A stretch of DNA of 64,000 nt, taken from Rhodosorus marinus CCMP1338. Taxonomy: Eukaryota > Plantae > Rhodophyta. Location of the stretch: NCBI GenBank assembly GCA_029953675.1, contig JAMWBK010000004.1, forward strand, positions 1,922,001-1,986,000, in the 5' to 3' direction. The translations under genes and the position numbers were made by a program. Numbering within the stretch: position 1 is the first letter of the stretch; each line of letters starts with the position of its first letter. Below the pieces are notes generated by a model. It was given only the letters and a program-made list of their open reading frames with translations, was not told the origin of the DNA and ran no database searches. This document shows positions 24,443-37,538 of the stretch, one piece after another.

Positions 24443-24757
24443 GGGGCAGCACGAGCTCTGTCAAAGCGTCCGCGGCCCCAAGCGAAAGCTGCGGGCCCTA
24501 CCAGGCAGGTTGGCGTACACAGCAATGGCCTAGCATCTTTGCGCACATCTGGGAAGGCCAAGCGCAAAACGTCAACCGCGGTGGGTACTTTCTTTGTCCC
24601 GATTTTAGGGCAGAGTCCGAGGTCTGTCAAAGCGTTTGCGGCCCGCGCGAATCTGTGGAATCTGCGAGCCAGGTTTGCGTACACAGTAGTTGCCCAGCAT
24701 CTTTACACACATATTGAGAAGTCAAACGCAGCATCAACCGAGGTAGATATTTTCTCT
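24443..24757. repeat. Diverged tandem duplication with a period of ~165 bp
   Basis: tctgtcaaagcgt..gcggccc....caggtt.gcgtacacag.a.t.gcc.agcatcttt.c.cacat...gaag.c.aa.cgca..cgtcaacc occurs twice, starting at about 24457 and 24623. Confidence 0.8.
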
Positions 24758-25280
24758 GAACGATGCGCCGTTCACGAGATATTTTTTGTTCGGCCGTTTT
24801 AGTGAGTGCATTGTAAACCGCTCATACCAAGTAAAAAGCAGTCAAAATGGTGGGGAGGGGGAAGATACGGTCGGGCAGATACGCTTAAGCAAGACTATGA
24901 GCAATGCTTCGTTCATAAGATGCTACAACCCTACTAGGACTAGCAGTCAGCTTCTTTCCGATCACTCGCCCAAGGACCACTTGGCCATGGCTACACGGCT
25001 GCGGCGCATCTCCCAGGGTCAGAGCAACTCAAACACGCTTCCCTCTCTCAGCCGTGGCGTGTCCGCCAAATGGCATCAGTACATGATTGATATCCGTTCG
25101 GGTACCTTTTTCAGATTTTAGATATTCCGACTCCAATCTAGTAACTCATACGACTAACCCCTTCACGCTGCTCGTATTGGTTGCTTAGAGTATCCAAATG
25201 GTATCCAGCCACAATCGACCGGGCATCAGATTGGATCACGAAGTACTTATGTGGTTGACATATGCATTGAAAGGTGTCGG

Positions 25281-25310
25281 GGGGAAGGTGGGGGAAGGTG
25301 GGGGAAGGTG
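25281..25310 (+). repeat. (GGGGAAGGTG)x3 tandem repeat, G-quadruplex-capable, just upstream of the CBM gene
   Basis: Directly visible in the sequence. Confidence 0.85.
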
Positions 25311-25378
25311 GTGTGAGGGAGAGGGGGAATGCTGTAGAAGAATAAATATTGTTCTTCTGTTTATATGAACTGAAAGCA

Positions 25379-26144
25379 ATGCTTGAAGAGCCATTTAGAG
25401 AGACGCCGTTCGCGCGTGGATGGATTGAAATATTTCATTCTATGCCATCCTGGGACCGGTGTTTCATCGTTTTTCGGAAGGACGGCAAAGAGTGGAAGAA
25501 GAACGCACGTTATGAGCTGCGAGATGCGTCCGATATCAAGCCTGGATTTCGTGTATTTCGGGTAAAGGCTTGGACGCTTGAGTTCTACCTGACGAATGGG
25601 TCTTCGAGGAACTGGGAGAACAATTCCGGAAAGAACTATTCGATTGAAGAGTCTGGAAGATATTTGGTCAGTTACAAGAGCATGTCGCGTGTTGGAGAGG
25701 CAGACATTGGAAGCTGCATTCGTGCCATGAGGAAGCATGACAGGTAAGGAGCTAGCTTTCAGAGTTTGCGACTTCGATGTGCAGGGTGAACACTTACCCA
25801 TCTCAATTGCACTCTAACCTCGTAGGTTTATCGAGCTCATCTACCAACCGCCGACTTCCTGGCTTGGGTGCTCTATTATTTACTCGAAAGATAACGAGCA
25901 GTGGCTCGAAGCGCCAGGTGAAGCTATGATCAGAATCAAATCTAAGGACCCGCAGCTGTTCATGCTGAGGACCGAAGCGCATCACATGAACTTTGCGTTC
26001 TTTGACGGCGTGGAGGAGTGGGACAGCAACATGGATGAAAACTACAAAGTCGGACTTCCAGGGAAATACTTCATTAGAGATGGAGTGTGCAAGTACGTTG
26101 GGCCATCTGAGATGGACCACTTAATATCCCGAATGATCCAATAA
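25379..26144 (+). CDS. Protein of two tandem CBM25-like (starch-binding type) modules and no catalytic domain, 227 aa; intron 25744-25825
   Basis: Module 1 is W..F....W...LEFYLTNG..NWENNSGKNY..GRYLV. Module 2 is IY..SW...Y..QW..APGEAM...FAFFDGVEEWDSNMDENY..GKYFIRDG. Both follow the CBM25/26 pattern. Confidence 0.7.
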
Positions 26145-27723
26145 CGGATTTTTTAGTCTGCGATGGTGTGGTACCCACTGAGCTGAACGAATGAGTTCGT
26201 TCACCCTCAGCTCGGAGCGTCACCTTCGTCGCTACTCCGAACCCGCTGACACCGATACCCTCGACTAGTCAGCTGCGGGTGCGTGATCGAGAACGTCAGA
26301 GGAGCGAGAAGACCATTAGCAGGGTGTTCTGCTTCTTGGAAATCCGTTGTGGTTTCAGGAGACGAGCAAATTATTGTCACCTAATAAACATATCACCTTA
26401 TCTTCACTGTCTCACGCCGGTTGCAGACGTATTTCAACAGGTTACCACCCCGACCCCAGTCGCCTTTGTGCAGCTTTGTGCAGCACTGAGCGCGTTCTGG
26501 AAGTTTTAGGTGGTAGTCATAGACATGGAGGACGATCGTGATGGCCATTGACCTTCGATTCCATGACTGGGATTCCCAGTCATGGAATCGAAGTGTTGAA
26601 CAAGCTCAGCTTCCACGACAGTAGTTCTCACGGCCCTTTGACATGTGGATGGCTCTTGTGGTGTCGTGCTTAGCACCGGATCAGAGGTCAAAAATTTCAC
26701 CTCCTGACCTGGAGCAAATCGAGCAAAGGCTTGTACGCACGGAGCCTGCTCAGATGATCGTGAGGTGGGGTAGCAGAGAAGCTGCCACCCGCCCGGCTGT
26801 AGTGAGCTCCAAACTTGTCGGAGATCAGCTAGGACAGCCATTTCGGGGAGTCCAGAATCAGACCATGAAGATCCTTTGACCTCTTTCATCCCGTGTCAAA
26901 CAAAGACCAATTTTAAGAAGTTGCTTGCTAGAAGCAGGCTACCAGCTGTCCAGCGGCATTGCACACTCCCCACCCAGAACCGGATTTATTTTCCCGCGAA
27001 AAATAGTTTTGCTTTTGAACTTAACCCCCCCTTTTTGCGACTTATCACCCACAAGATATCCTCCTTTTTATATAAAATTTCTAATATTGGGGATGCGAAG
27101 AAGAATTGCTAACCCCCCAAGCCCTCCCCGGGGTTTGCAATCAAAAAGACGTGAGGAGCAGAACAATTCGAAAAAATAGAGAAATGATCATTCTGGTCAC
27201 CCCCTAAGTCCTCACGAAAAAATTGGAAAGTTGGTATTTTTATTTCCTCCCCTAAAAGCTCCATCAAACTTGGGGGGTGGGCAGATAAGAGTTTCAACGG
27301 TCTTCAGCCAGAAAGAAAGACAGATGTATGCCCATAGACAAGAATTCTGTGCATCCAATTTCAAGTGTGGTACTAAATCTCAAAAAAAAAGGTATTGAAC
27401 GAACTGGGATTGAATATTTCTAATAAAAAGGTAACTGAGAATTGTGGCGATTTTTTGCGCAGTTGGGTTCAATTTTTGAAGAGGATGGGATGCCATGGAG
27501 GTGATTGGTGAGGAGGGACTGGCGGGGGAGGGACAACTTTTTGGTTTGAAGAGGGAGAAGAAGGGGTTAAAGAGACCAAAACTATGAGGTTTCTGTGTAC
27601 CCAACTGAAACAGTGAAACAAGAAAGACTATATGCTAGCCAGGGTCTAGTTGTTCTGGATTGTTGAGGTTCTTTTGTTGTTTCTTGCCGGGGGGGAGGGA
27701 GGGAGCGGGTTGTTTGAAGAAAG

Positions 27724-28830
27724 ATGGCTCCACAAGCTCAATTGGAAGAGGAAGAGCTTCAACTGTATGAAGATGCTGGGCCTATGCTGGTTTCACGATT
27801 GGAAGGCACCTCAGTTGCTGCTGGGGATGTGAAGAAGCTGCAAGAAGCTGGGTACTACACAGTAGAGTCCGTTGCGTATAGTACAAAGAAAGCCCTTCTC
27901 GGAGTTAAGGGTATCAGCGAGGCCAAGGCAGACAAGATCCTTGCTGAGGCCAAGAAACTGATCCCTATGGGCTTCACGTCCGCAACCAACATCCACAAGC
28001 AACGGCAGGACATAATCACTCTGACAACCGGGAGCCAAGATCTAGACAACCTGCTTAAAGGTGGTATTGAGACCGGATCGATCACGGAGGTTTTCGGAGA
28101 GTTTCGGACTGGAAAAACCCAGCTTTGCCACACTCTTTGTGTTGCGTGCCAGCTGCCAGTTGAGAATGGAGGCGGGTCAGGTAAGGCCCTGTACATAGAT
28201 TCGGAAGGAACTTTTAGGCCTGAAAGATTGAAATCCATTGCTGAGCGGTACGGTTTGAATGGAGACGATGTGCTTGATAATGTGGCGTTCGCCAGGGCCC
28301 ACAACTCAGATCATCAGCTCCAGCTTTTGAATCAAGCATGTGCTCTGATGTCGGAGAGCAGGTGCGTTATGACAGATGATGTATCCGTCAGTGCGCTCAA
28401 CAGGGAAAACCCCGGAAGCTGATTTTTTTTTGCTTACCCTCCACTGCACAATAGATACGCCCTCATTATCGTGGACAGCGCTACCGCATTGTATAGAACG
28501 GACTACATTGGCCGAGGTGAGCTTGCTTCAAGGCAACAGCACATGGCAAAGTTTCTCCGATCACTTCAGAAGATCTGTGACGAGTTCGGCGTGGCAGCGG
28601 TGATCACAAACCAGGTCGTCGCCCAAGTAGACGGCGGAGCGATGTTCGTATCCGATCCGAAGAAGCCGATAGGAGGAAATATCATCGCTCACGCCTCGCA
28701 GACCAGACTATACTTGCGCAAGGGCCGCGGTGAGAACCGAATATGCAAAATCTACGACTCTCCTAGTCTTCCTGAAGCGGAGGCGACTTTCGCCATCGGA
28801 GAAGACGGAATTATTGATCCTACGGAATGA
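27724..28830 (+). CDS. RAD51: DNA recombinase RAD51; intron 28362-28454
   Basis: Walker [21 protein letters not shown] and GGNIIAHAS are RAD51-type rather than DMC1-type. Confidence 0.97.
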
Positions 28831-29896
28831 TTTCCCCTCTAGCCAGTCTGAACATACTCGAAATACCGTGTCGCTTACTTCCAGCAGGTCTACTTGTGAT
28901 TTATAAAACTGTACCTTCTCTAGATTGCGGGGCGGCACAGGCCCTCATCACACTCATCAGCCCTTTTCAGGCAAATTTCAGCATTCCCCTCCCGTACAGT
29001 CTTTCAGGAAGCTCATCGGTCGGAGAGGCAGCAACTACTGGGGAACTGAACGAGCGCTACGTCGCCTCGTATCCACTTGCATGCGGACAAGAACCCTGCA
29101 GGAGTCCCGATACTCCGCGAGGATGTGAGCAGTACATCAACGAGGCAACCTAGTCCTCGCTTGAAAAGCCCAGGGCTTTTTAAGCAGATTTCGTTTACCA
29201 AATACTGTATGGGAAGATCTACTATGGCTAGGAATGCTCAGCGAGATGTACGCTTTTGGCAAGCATTAGCATTGCGATTGAGCTCCATTTCACAAAGTGA
29301 ATCTTGCTCGCTTGATGCTAATCACCAGAAACGCCCTCACTCGTCTTCATTAAGCCACCGGAGATCGACCACCCGTCTGTTCTGCTCACGGCAATCAGTG
29401 CAGCACCTGTCATCGTCCCCACGAAGACATGCTAGTCCAAGAATACCAGATTCCGTTCGATTAGGCGGAGGAGCTCGACGCAGAAACATCTGCGTTTGGA
29501 TTTCGATGTACGTTCCTTAGAACAGGTTCTATTACAACTTGGTGGCAGGCGTTCCCACTGGAACGGCTGCCATCGTCTTGGTTATGCAAACAGGAAAGAC
29601 AGAACCTCGAAAAGCAGAAAAAGCTCGAACATGACTAGCTGTTATTGTCGTCGCTCGGGGCAGAGTGTCGGACCTGCTCTGACCAAGGAAGCCTCAACTG
29701 GAGTGTGTGCTCAAGTAGTTGGTGTAGAAGCTTTCTTCCGATTATGACTCATTGGGACCGAGCGACGGGGTTATCTTCGTCTTAGTCAGTAGCAATTTTC
29801 TTTTAAGTATTCACATGGACCTGCTACTGGTCGCTGGGGGAGGTTTCAATGGAAAGGGTTTGTTGAAGCAGGAGTTCGAAAGTATCTGTTGATAAA

Positions 29897-32406
29897 ATGG
29901 AGGCGTCTGTGGAATCAGAGGACGATGATAATGGTCCGAGGCAGTTTACACATGATAATGGGAAAAAGAAGCTTCCAGTTCTTGGAGACGACGGCGTATT
30001 CAGGAGCCCGGAAAACGATGGTTCGAGCCGTCTAGTGAAGAATCGAAAGCGTGGAGATCCGAAAGAGGGAACTGCAGTTGAAAAGGAGCTCAGAAAGGAC
30101 AAGGAGGCGAAGAAGAGGAGAAAGGCCAAGGAGGATGGGCCGAAGGCGCGACTCCGGGTTGCGTCGTTGGCGACTTCGATCACAAGCAACCCTACGAAAA
30201 ATTTGAAGCTGATGCAGGAGCTCAGGAAGATTAGGCAAGAGACGTGGAGAGACACACAGGTCAGAGGGATGGCTTTAGCTTCCGAGGCGCAGATATTCGC
30301 TGATATATCTCCGGGGTATGTGATCAAGCCACTGACAGCCGAAGAAAGCGCTGTCAAAGTCTCCAAAGAGGTTCTGAAGACCCGTGAATTCGAGGGGCAG
30401 CTGATAGACTTGTACGAAAAATTCCTCCGAGACGTTGTCAAGCTTTCCTCGTCGAAGGATCCGCTGACGCTGACCTCGATTCACGTGCTTTGCGCTGTTC
30501 TTGATGCCCTGCCGCATTTCAATCACGGCGAAACGGTAGCGAAGACAGTCGTCGACAATCTTGAGCACCCAAATCCGTCTATTCGAGAATTGACATCCAC
30601 CACGCTGTCAAAACTCTACTCGGAAGCCCATCACGCTCCTGAGTCGGTTCTCGACGTCATCGTCGTATCTGCCCAGGTACGTGAGATGGACTTGTGCACA
30701 GTACCCTTCATGGCTTCTCATGGAATTTGCCAGTTCTACGTGTACGTTCGTCTAAGCTTTTGAGCAAGCAGCCTCCGAGAATGCTCAAGTGTTCGTCTGC
30801 TTCTCGATCGACCATCGACGAGTTCGGCTTGCAAACAAAAAATTTCGGAATGTGAAGACGATGTCGGGGCAGGGGCAGTAGATCTGAGCATGCTCTACGC
30901 GTTGCAATCTGTCGCAGGACGCGGCCCTTAGTTTGGCATCCTTGGATTTCCGGATGCTGCTTGCTTGTTCGGCAGAGTCGAACGACGATCTACACTCGAG
31001 TCTGCTTTTTGCCTTGTAATTCTAGTAGTAGCATCACAGGAGCATTATCTGATGGCCTCTCCTGTACTTAACTGAATGTTCTAGGCAATTGCCGATCTAG
31101 CTGAGAAGAAACGACACAAGCTTTCGGAGAGTTCTATCAAGCCGTTAACATGTCTGCGACTGGGAGCTCTGTTAGGGGCGGCCCACATTTCAGAGCTGAA
31201 AGAGGAACGAAGGACTAAAGGTGAAAAGAAGAAGGGAGGCAAACATGAACGGGAGCTTGAACGGGACATGATGATGGCAAGAGCGGAAACGAGCTCCGAA
31301 GCGCGGAAGAAAGCTGCGGACAATCTCATGAGCTCTCAGTGTTTGGTCTACGTTCGCACCCTGTACAATGCGCCAGCAGTGCCAAGCGGCCTCGCTTCAG
31401 TTCTACAAGGAATTAACAACATTTCCACCTACCTTTCCAAGGATGTGGTTTCAGCGCTGATTGATGCCATATCCCCCTTGATTGAGAAGCAAATGCTGCC
31501 GCTTCGGAGCTCGCTTCAAACGATCTCGTCCTTCTTTAAGCTCCTGCTAAAACATCAGCAGTTGACTGGGTGAGCCCGAGTGTGCCATAACAGTGATGCA
31601 TTGCTCAACAGCTTCCTTGTGAATCAAATTGAAGCCATTGATTTACTGATCGCTGGGATTTGGTGCACAGAGTTCATCAGGTTTTGTTCAACGTTCCTGA
31701 CCCTTCATCTGTCGCCTTTATGTTGAATAGGTTTGATCCAGTGGAACCGACGCGACTAGAGAACCTCATGGACATCGCATTGGCAGGCTTGTACCTGAGC
31801 AGCTGGAAGGTTAATGAGGAGGTTGCGGATGTCGCGGTTCGAGCTGTGACCAGCGGTCTGAAGCTTCGTCGTGGAGATCCTGTGGTATGGAGTTCCATCA
31901 GCAGACGACTGCTGCTCGCGGCGTTGTCATTGACAAACCACAGCTGCAGCATTGCGTTTCTGGATACATCACGTCACGCGCATCCGAATCCGAACGAGGC
32001 GCTTGACCCAAACCACTCTGACTTGAAGAGGCGCTGGGACCCGTCAGAAACTTCCCCTGCGGCACATAACAATCCGGATACGACTTCGTGGGAGCTCGTC
32101 GCACTCTGCAACCACTATCATCCTAAAGTTCGGGAGCTTGCCACCAGCTTCTCCTTGGCTTCATCGAGATTAGAACCGGAGAAGTTGCTCGCCACGTACC
32201 GCGCGTCCTCGGGAGGTTTCAAGCCAAAGATTGCAAACAGTATGCTCCCCCACCACCGAAGAAAGCCGGTGAAGTCCAGCTCCCAAATCTTGAGATGCGA
32301 GTCTTCGACTCTACCCTCAGACTTCCTTCTGCAGTACTATTTCAATCAGCGCCTTGAATCGGCTCGCCAGTCGTTTGAGGGCCAGAGACGGAGACACCAG
32401 TCTTAG
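29897..32406 (+). CDS. NOC3: Nucleolar complex protein 3 (NOC3/CBF family); introns 30677-31084 and about 31570-31670
   Basis: DISPGYVIKPLTAEESAVKVSKEV..TREFEGQLIDLYEKFL, ALPHFNH and a C-terminal WEL..L..HYHPKVRELA. Confidence 0.88.
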
Positions 32407-32683
32407 ACGAGACTCATAAATCGTTTCTCGTTTGTACCACTAGCTCGTCGTTTTTCATTAACAAAATTTAAGAATGAAGTATAGGCCCTGAGAGCATTTG
32501 GTGATTAGAGAGGGAAAGAACAAACCAAGCAACTGTTTAACAGAAGAAAGCAGCACCGCAGCAATGGTCGAAAGACGACAGATGAAGTTCTCGTTTAACA
32601 AATTTTGGAGAAAGTAAGTCTTATAAACACGTTTTGTTGATTAGCAAAGGAAACAACTAAGTAAAGTTCGAAAGGCCCACGGA

Positions 32684-34335
32684 TCACGGAAAGATCCGCT
32701 TAAATCTTAGATACGCCATGGAACCTTTGAAGAACATTACCGACGAACCTATTCACAACAAGCGAGAAGGAAAAACGTTGAATCAATTCTGTGAAGATGT
32801 GATGAGGTTTGTCTAGCACCGAAGCTCCCGACCCAGCCAATTCATCACAAAATACTTACCCAGTAAGCTTGAACAGACTACGTAGAATGCGTACGGATGC
32901 TCCTCATATCCGCTGGTCAAGTTCATGCCGAACAAGCCAGCGAAGAGGGCGCCTGTAAAGGAACCGAAAAAAATTGGTTGCCGCTGGTACATGAGCACCC
33001 GGAGCCGGCTTGATTTGAGATAGAAGATAAATTGAAGAAGGCCGCAACGCTCACCGGCTGCCAGAGACATAGTAGCCAGGTTAAGATAGACTTCCAACCG
33101 CAAGATTCTGTTCCGTGCTGCGTCAAGGCGGATCTGAATGACATTCTCCGTAACCTCAACCTCCTTGGCTATGGACCGAATCTCGTTTAGAATAGAGTCC
33201 ACCTACATCGATAGTACCAGTTCACAACCTGAACAGGTGCTCGAATCCTTGTTGATGAGCAGTGCAGTGTATGAGTTACCTGCTTTAAATAAGTTTCGAA
33301 CATCATTTCGACATCTTCATGTTGATCAGCCCGTCTCCTGTGTCCTAGAAAGTGGTCGTACAACGAACGTTTTGTGTTGGGTCACAGGAGACAAGGCACG
33401 GAGCTAAATAAAACCGTTTTTGCCTTTTTTGCCTCTAGTTCATTAGCAGTTGACCATTGATGAGCCCTCGTCATGCTTACCAGTTACCATTTTATCAGTT
33501 AAATACATTTCACTCATGTCCTCATCGTTCTCGAGCACCTCAATCATTGCGTTTCGAATCTGTTCCACCTGTGACCCGAACTCGTTCATGGAATTTTCCA
33601 ACGGCAGTAATCGATCAAGCGATTGAGCGACTTGTACGCTTCCAAAGTCAGCGGTAGTTGAGCTGGAGAGGGTGTCCAAAACGGATTCTACTGACGGAGA
33701 TAAGGTTAGTAAGCTTCGATTCTGTGGTAACGACGACATAGGGTGGGGAAGAAACATGTTCAGGGGTCCATCGGTAAGGCATTCAGATAGTTGGAAGCAG
33801 TCTGTGAAGTTCTGGATCCTACAAGTGTTCCACAGACGTTGATAAGAATAGCTTCCAGCGCCCTCAGTTCGTACGGTAGGGGATGTTTCTCCTGTTCTAG
33901 CCTGTCTCGTAGTTGCGGAAGAAAAGCTTGTACCCTGGGATGGTTTGGATCGAACAGTAGAATTCGATTTGCTTGAACAAGTGCCCGGATGTGTTCGAGG
34001 TGAACAACGATTGCAGATGACCGAGCCAAGAACATCGCAGTTTCGCTGCGAAAACTCGGGTCTACCACACGGAGATCTCTGTAGTTGAGATGCAGCTCAG
34101 CAGCCACGTCAGATTTTTGCAAGTGCCTCTCTCGTATGGTACCATCCGTTTTGATTTCCAGAGCGATGATTGGCACGGATGCAGGAGTCTGCCGACGCTG
34201 GCCTGTCGACGTCGACGTTGACGTTCGACGGCATCCCATCAATGCCCCTCGCGGATCCTGTCGTCCCAAGTTTACACTCACCCCATACCGGCTCTCTCTC
34301 AAAGCAATTCTCAATGCTCTCAGTACGAAACCCAT
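32684..34335 (-). CDS. MRS2: MRS2/CorA-family magnesium transporter, likely mitochondrial; several introns
   Basis: RDLRVVDP, LPYELRALEAIL, LENDEDMSEMYLT, IRLDAARNRILRLE and the GMN motif in LFGMNLTSG. The N-terminus is Arg/Ser/Thr-rich. The last exon (..YLRFKRIFP*) is inferred. Confidence 0.92.
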
Positions 34336-35969
34336 TCCAGCCCTTTCTCAAGAAGAGCACCAACCACAGCCCAAACCCAGTATTCCCAGATCCTTCACCC
34401 AATATCAAAACCCGACCACCTCAGATTAGGCCTTCGTCCACACCATCAATCCACTCACTCAGCTCATCAGTCCTTATCAACTCTTTCTCCAATTCGAACG
34501 CTCAATCCAGGTCCCCGTTTGGACCTGCTAGTCAGCAGCTACTATCTGCAGTAGTCAGACATCTCCATCGTCAATGCCACCTGAACTCCTGTGTCACGTT
34601 AATATTTATTTCAACGACAAAAACGTATCTAAACTTTCTAAATTTAGAATATTTATCTTTTTATTCTTGTTTTCTTTTTCCATGTAGTCCAAATTAGACC
34701 AATATTTGAACCAGAACGTTTTCGTCCGAAATGAATGTCACGCTACCCGATCTGGTAATTTTTGCTGAGGATACACTTATTTCAACGAGATTATTTTTCT
34801 AAATTTAGACATAGTTTCTTATTTTGTTTTTTTTAGCAAGGTGTAATATCCAAATTAAGAAACTAACTTGAATCAGAACGCTCTCCCGCTCCAAAATAAA
34901 TGTCCGAAGCAGGCACCCCACTTCGCTCGATCGTTGGAGCTGGTTTGACCTTAGCGCCGTCGTGGTTTTCCTCAACCACTTCGGCTGCTTCATGAATACT
35001 CATGTCTAAGCAGATAGGCTCTATTGCGAGTGGTCTCTGCTATTGTCTGCGACTGCAGAATCCAGAAGCTTGCAACCTTACTTGATTTGGACGACGGACC
35101 TCGATACCTAGTTGTATCGAGACTTGCAAGGTCGACTTTGACTTTGTGCATATTTTGCGTATTCTGCGCTGCTATAGATTCAATGATACGTTGAATAGTA
35201 TCTCGGGTTAACTAGTCGGCCGAGTGATGGCTAGGTGAGTTCGTTGGTGCTTCAAACTCTCTGTTCCCGAGCCAAAGCCCAGGTTAAGTGCTAACGCTTT
35301 TCGGCAGCGTTACTCCGCGTTCTTCACCACCTCCAGGACTTCACACAGGTTGTTCGTTGAATAGCTCCTTCGCCGTCTGGTCTCCAGCCAGCTTCAGGCT
35401 AACCAGTTCAGCTTCATTTGTGACGGCAAGTTGCTCTTCGGACAGTAGTTCTCAAGTCGCTTCTGGATCGTATTCTGACGGTTTGAACGAACTGCCACTG
35501 ACGATATATATATATATTTTTTACTTTGTTATCATAACCCTTTGCATAATATCTGCTGTTGTAGATGATGAAACTTCTCGTATAATGAACAAACAGAGCG
35601 AACCCTTGCGCCCTCCCCGAACCCCAAAATGCGGATGGCAACGGAACTAGTCTTCGTGTTCTTGCCCAGGTGAGAATGTCCTTTTCTCTCCCTACCACCG
35701 AACGGCGGACTTTTCGCGGAGCAGAGCCTCTGTCAGATCGTTCCAGTAGTCACTTGAAAGTCCTCGGCTGTTGGCATGCGGCACCTCTGTCAGAGCTGAA
35801 AGTCTCTCTTGCTACTTCAACATGTTATCAACCGTGCACGCAGACGTACATGACTCTCTTGTTCAAATTTAAATATCCTATCCAAGCGTAAGATCATTTT
35901 TCCATTTTACAGCCTAGATTTGTGAAACCCATGTGTCTTGTCTACCCTACTTCATTTTTTTGTGCTGTC

Positions 35970-36183
35970 ATAACCTCAACCTGATTTCTTGCCTAAGATT
36001 ACGTATGATGCTAAATATCTCAAAACACTTCAGAGATAGAGAACCTCTCCATTCTAATCGCCATCTTCCCATCGATATAACCCCAACCTGACTTCTTGCC
36101 TAAGATCACGTATGATCCTAAATATCTCAAAACACTTCAGAGATAGAGAACCTTTCCATTCTAATCGCCATCTTCCCATCGAT
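35970..36183. repeat. Near-perfect 107-bp tandem duplication with 5 mismatches
   Basis: 35970-36076 versus 36077-36183, compared base by base. Confidence 0.95.
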
Positions 36184-37538
36184 CTTCCTCTTCAATGACC
36201 AGATCTCCAGTTCGTCTTCCCCTCCACCAACTCAGATCGTCAAAAAAACTCGTCCATCAGAAACCGAAGAAAATGCTCTCACTCCAATGTACCTTTTGCC
36301 TGACACCAACAAACAACAAAATCCACCCCTGCATAGTTTTTCATTCCCGAATGGGCTTGACCAAGTCAATACTATTACCCCTCTTTTTCTATTCAATCTC
36401 AACACAGAATCAGCAAATAAATATCTAAAACCCATTGTTTGGAGAGCAACAACTGTTAGTCTCTACGGGGGATGGAATCATTCAATTTTTTGATCGTATT
36501 ATCATTGAACATCTAACCCCTCCCCTATTCTATTACCTTCCGCCACTCATTCTCCTTCTTTTTTCAGAACATTGGAGACCTTTCCATTACAATCCTTTTT
36601 TCTTTCAAAAACACATTATTATCTCTTATCGCCCAAAAAAAGAAGCTGACCCCCCCTTTCTTCCTCTACCCACCTCAAAATGAGGTAAAATATTTCTTTT
36701 TGTACTAATAGAGCTTCTGGAAGCTTTTTCTTCAACTGTATTGTTTCCCCCCATCCCGCCTAGAGTATTTCCGATTTTCCTCCCTATCAGAAGAAATCGA
36801 TGATTTTGGTCAATTTCATCACCATCGTTTCTTATCTACAAACAAGACTTTTTTCTTCAATAAAACGTGTAAGAGTTTCTGATCCTTTTCCTACACCGCC
36901 CTCTTTTCCGGGTTCTACTGACTTGGTGACGATTAAATGAATCTTTGATAGAGTATTTATAATGTATTTATAATATAAGCCTTATATTTGTTTTAAATAA
37001 GTTATTTTAAGACAATATATTTCTTGTATTAGACTATTTATTTTTGATAGAAATTTTTTAGATGTCTCCATGGCGTTTTCTAGTGACCATTAAATGTCTT
37101 TGCTTCAAAGTATATTAGTTTAATTTTATACTATAAATGGTATAATAACAAGTAATTTAAAATTATTACGATAGATTGTATGGTTTATTGTAGATCGTTT
37201 TTAATTAAAATACTTTTAAGTGTCATAGCCAGGGTGACACAGGAATTGGTTATGAAGAGCTGGTGCTGGCGGAGATGGCGAAGGATAGGAGGGGGAGGAC
37301 CGAGCGGCGCTGCGCGAGGGGATGTATTGGATTTGAGATTGCTTCTTGCTGACAAGGTGTGAGTATTGTCATATATATATCTGTATATGTATATAAGTAG
37401 GATGTTGTGTTAGTGTTTGGGCGTTGTGGGAGAGGTTTATGGGGGTTTTGAAGGGTGTTGGATTCGCTGTTTTGGAAGGAGTGCGAAAGGATTTCTGGGA
37501 CTGGGTCGGAGAGGAGAGGGTGCCTGTTCTGAGTAGAA

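Noticed and set aside
26170-26215. Hairpin after the CBM gene as a SECIS element or terminator
   Set aside because: There is no in-frame TGA in the gene, no SECIS core geometry, and the stem is short.
26279-26889. ORFs downstream of the CBM gene
   Set aside because: No recognisable homology or consistent exon chain, so they cannot be supported.
27724-28830. Meiotic DMC1
   Set aside because: The diagnostic segments YRTDY.GRGEL and GGNIIAHAS are RAD51-type.
28827-29747. ORFs of 60-147 aa between RAD51 and NOC3
   Set aside because: They overlap in several frames, are Ser/Arg-rich and lack recognisable domains or convincing splice structure.
35970-36183. CRISPR array, here or at the other direct repeats
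   Set aside because: Only two or three adjacent copies with no unique spacers, no cas genes, and a eukaryotic context.
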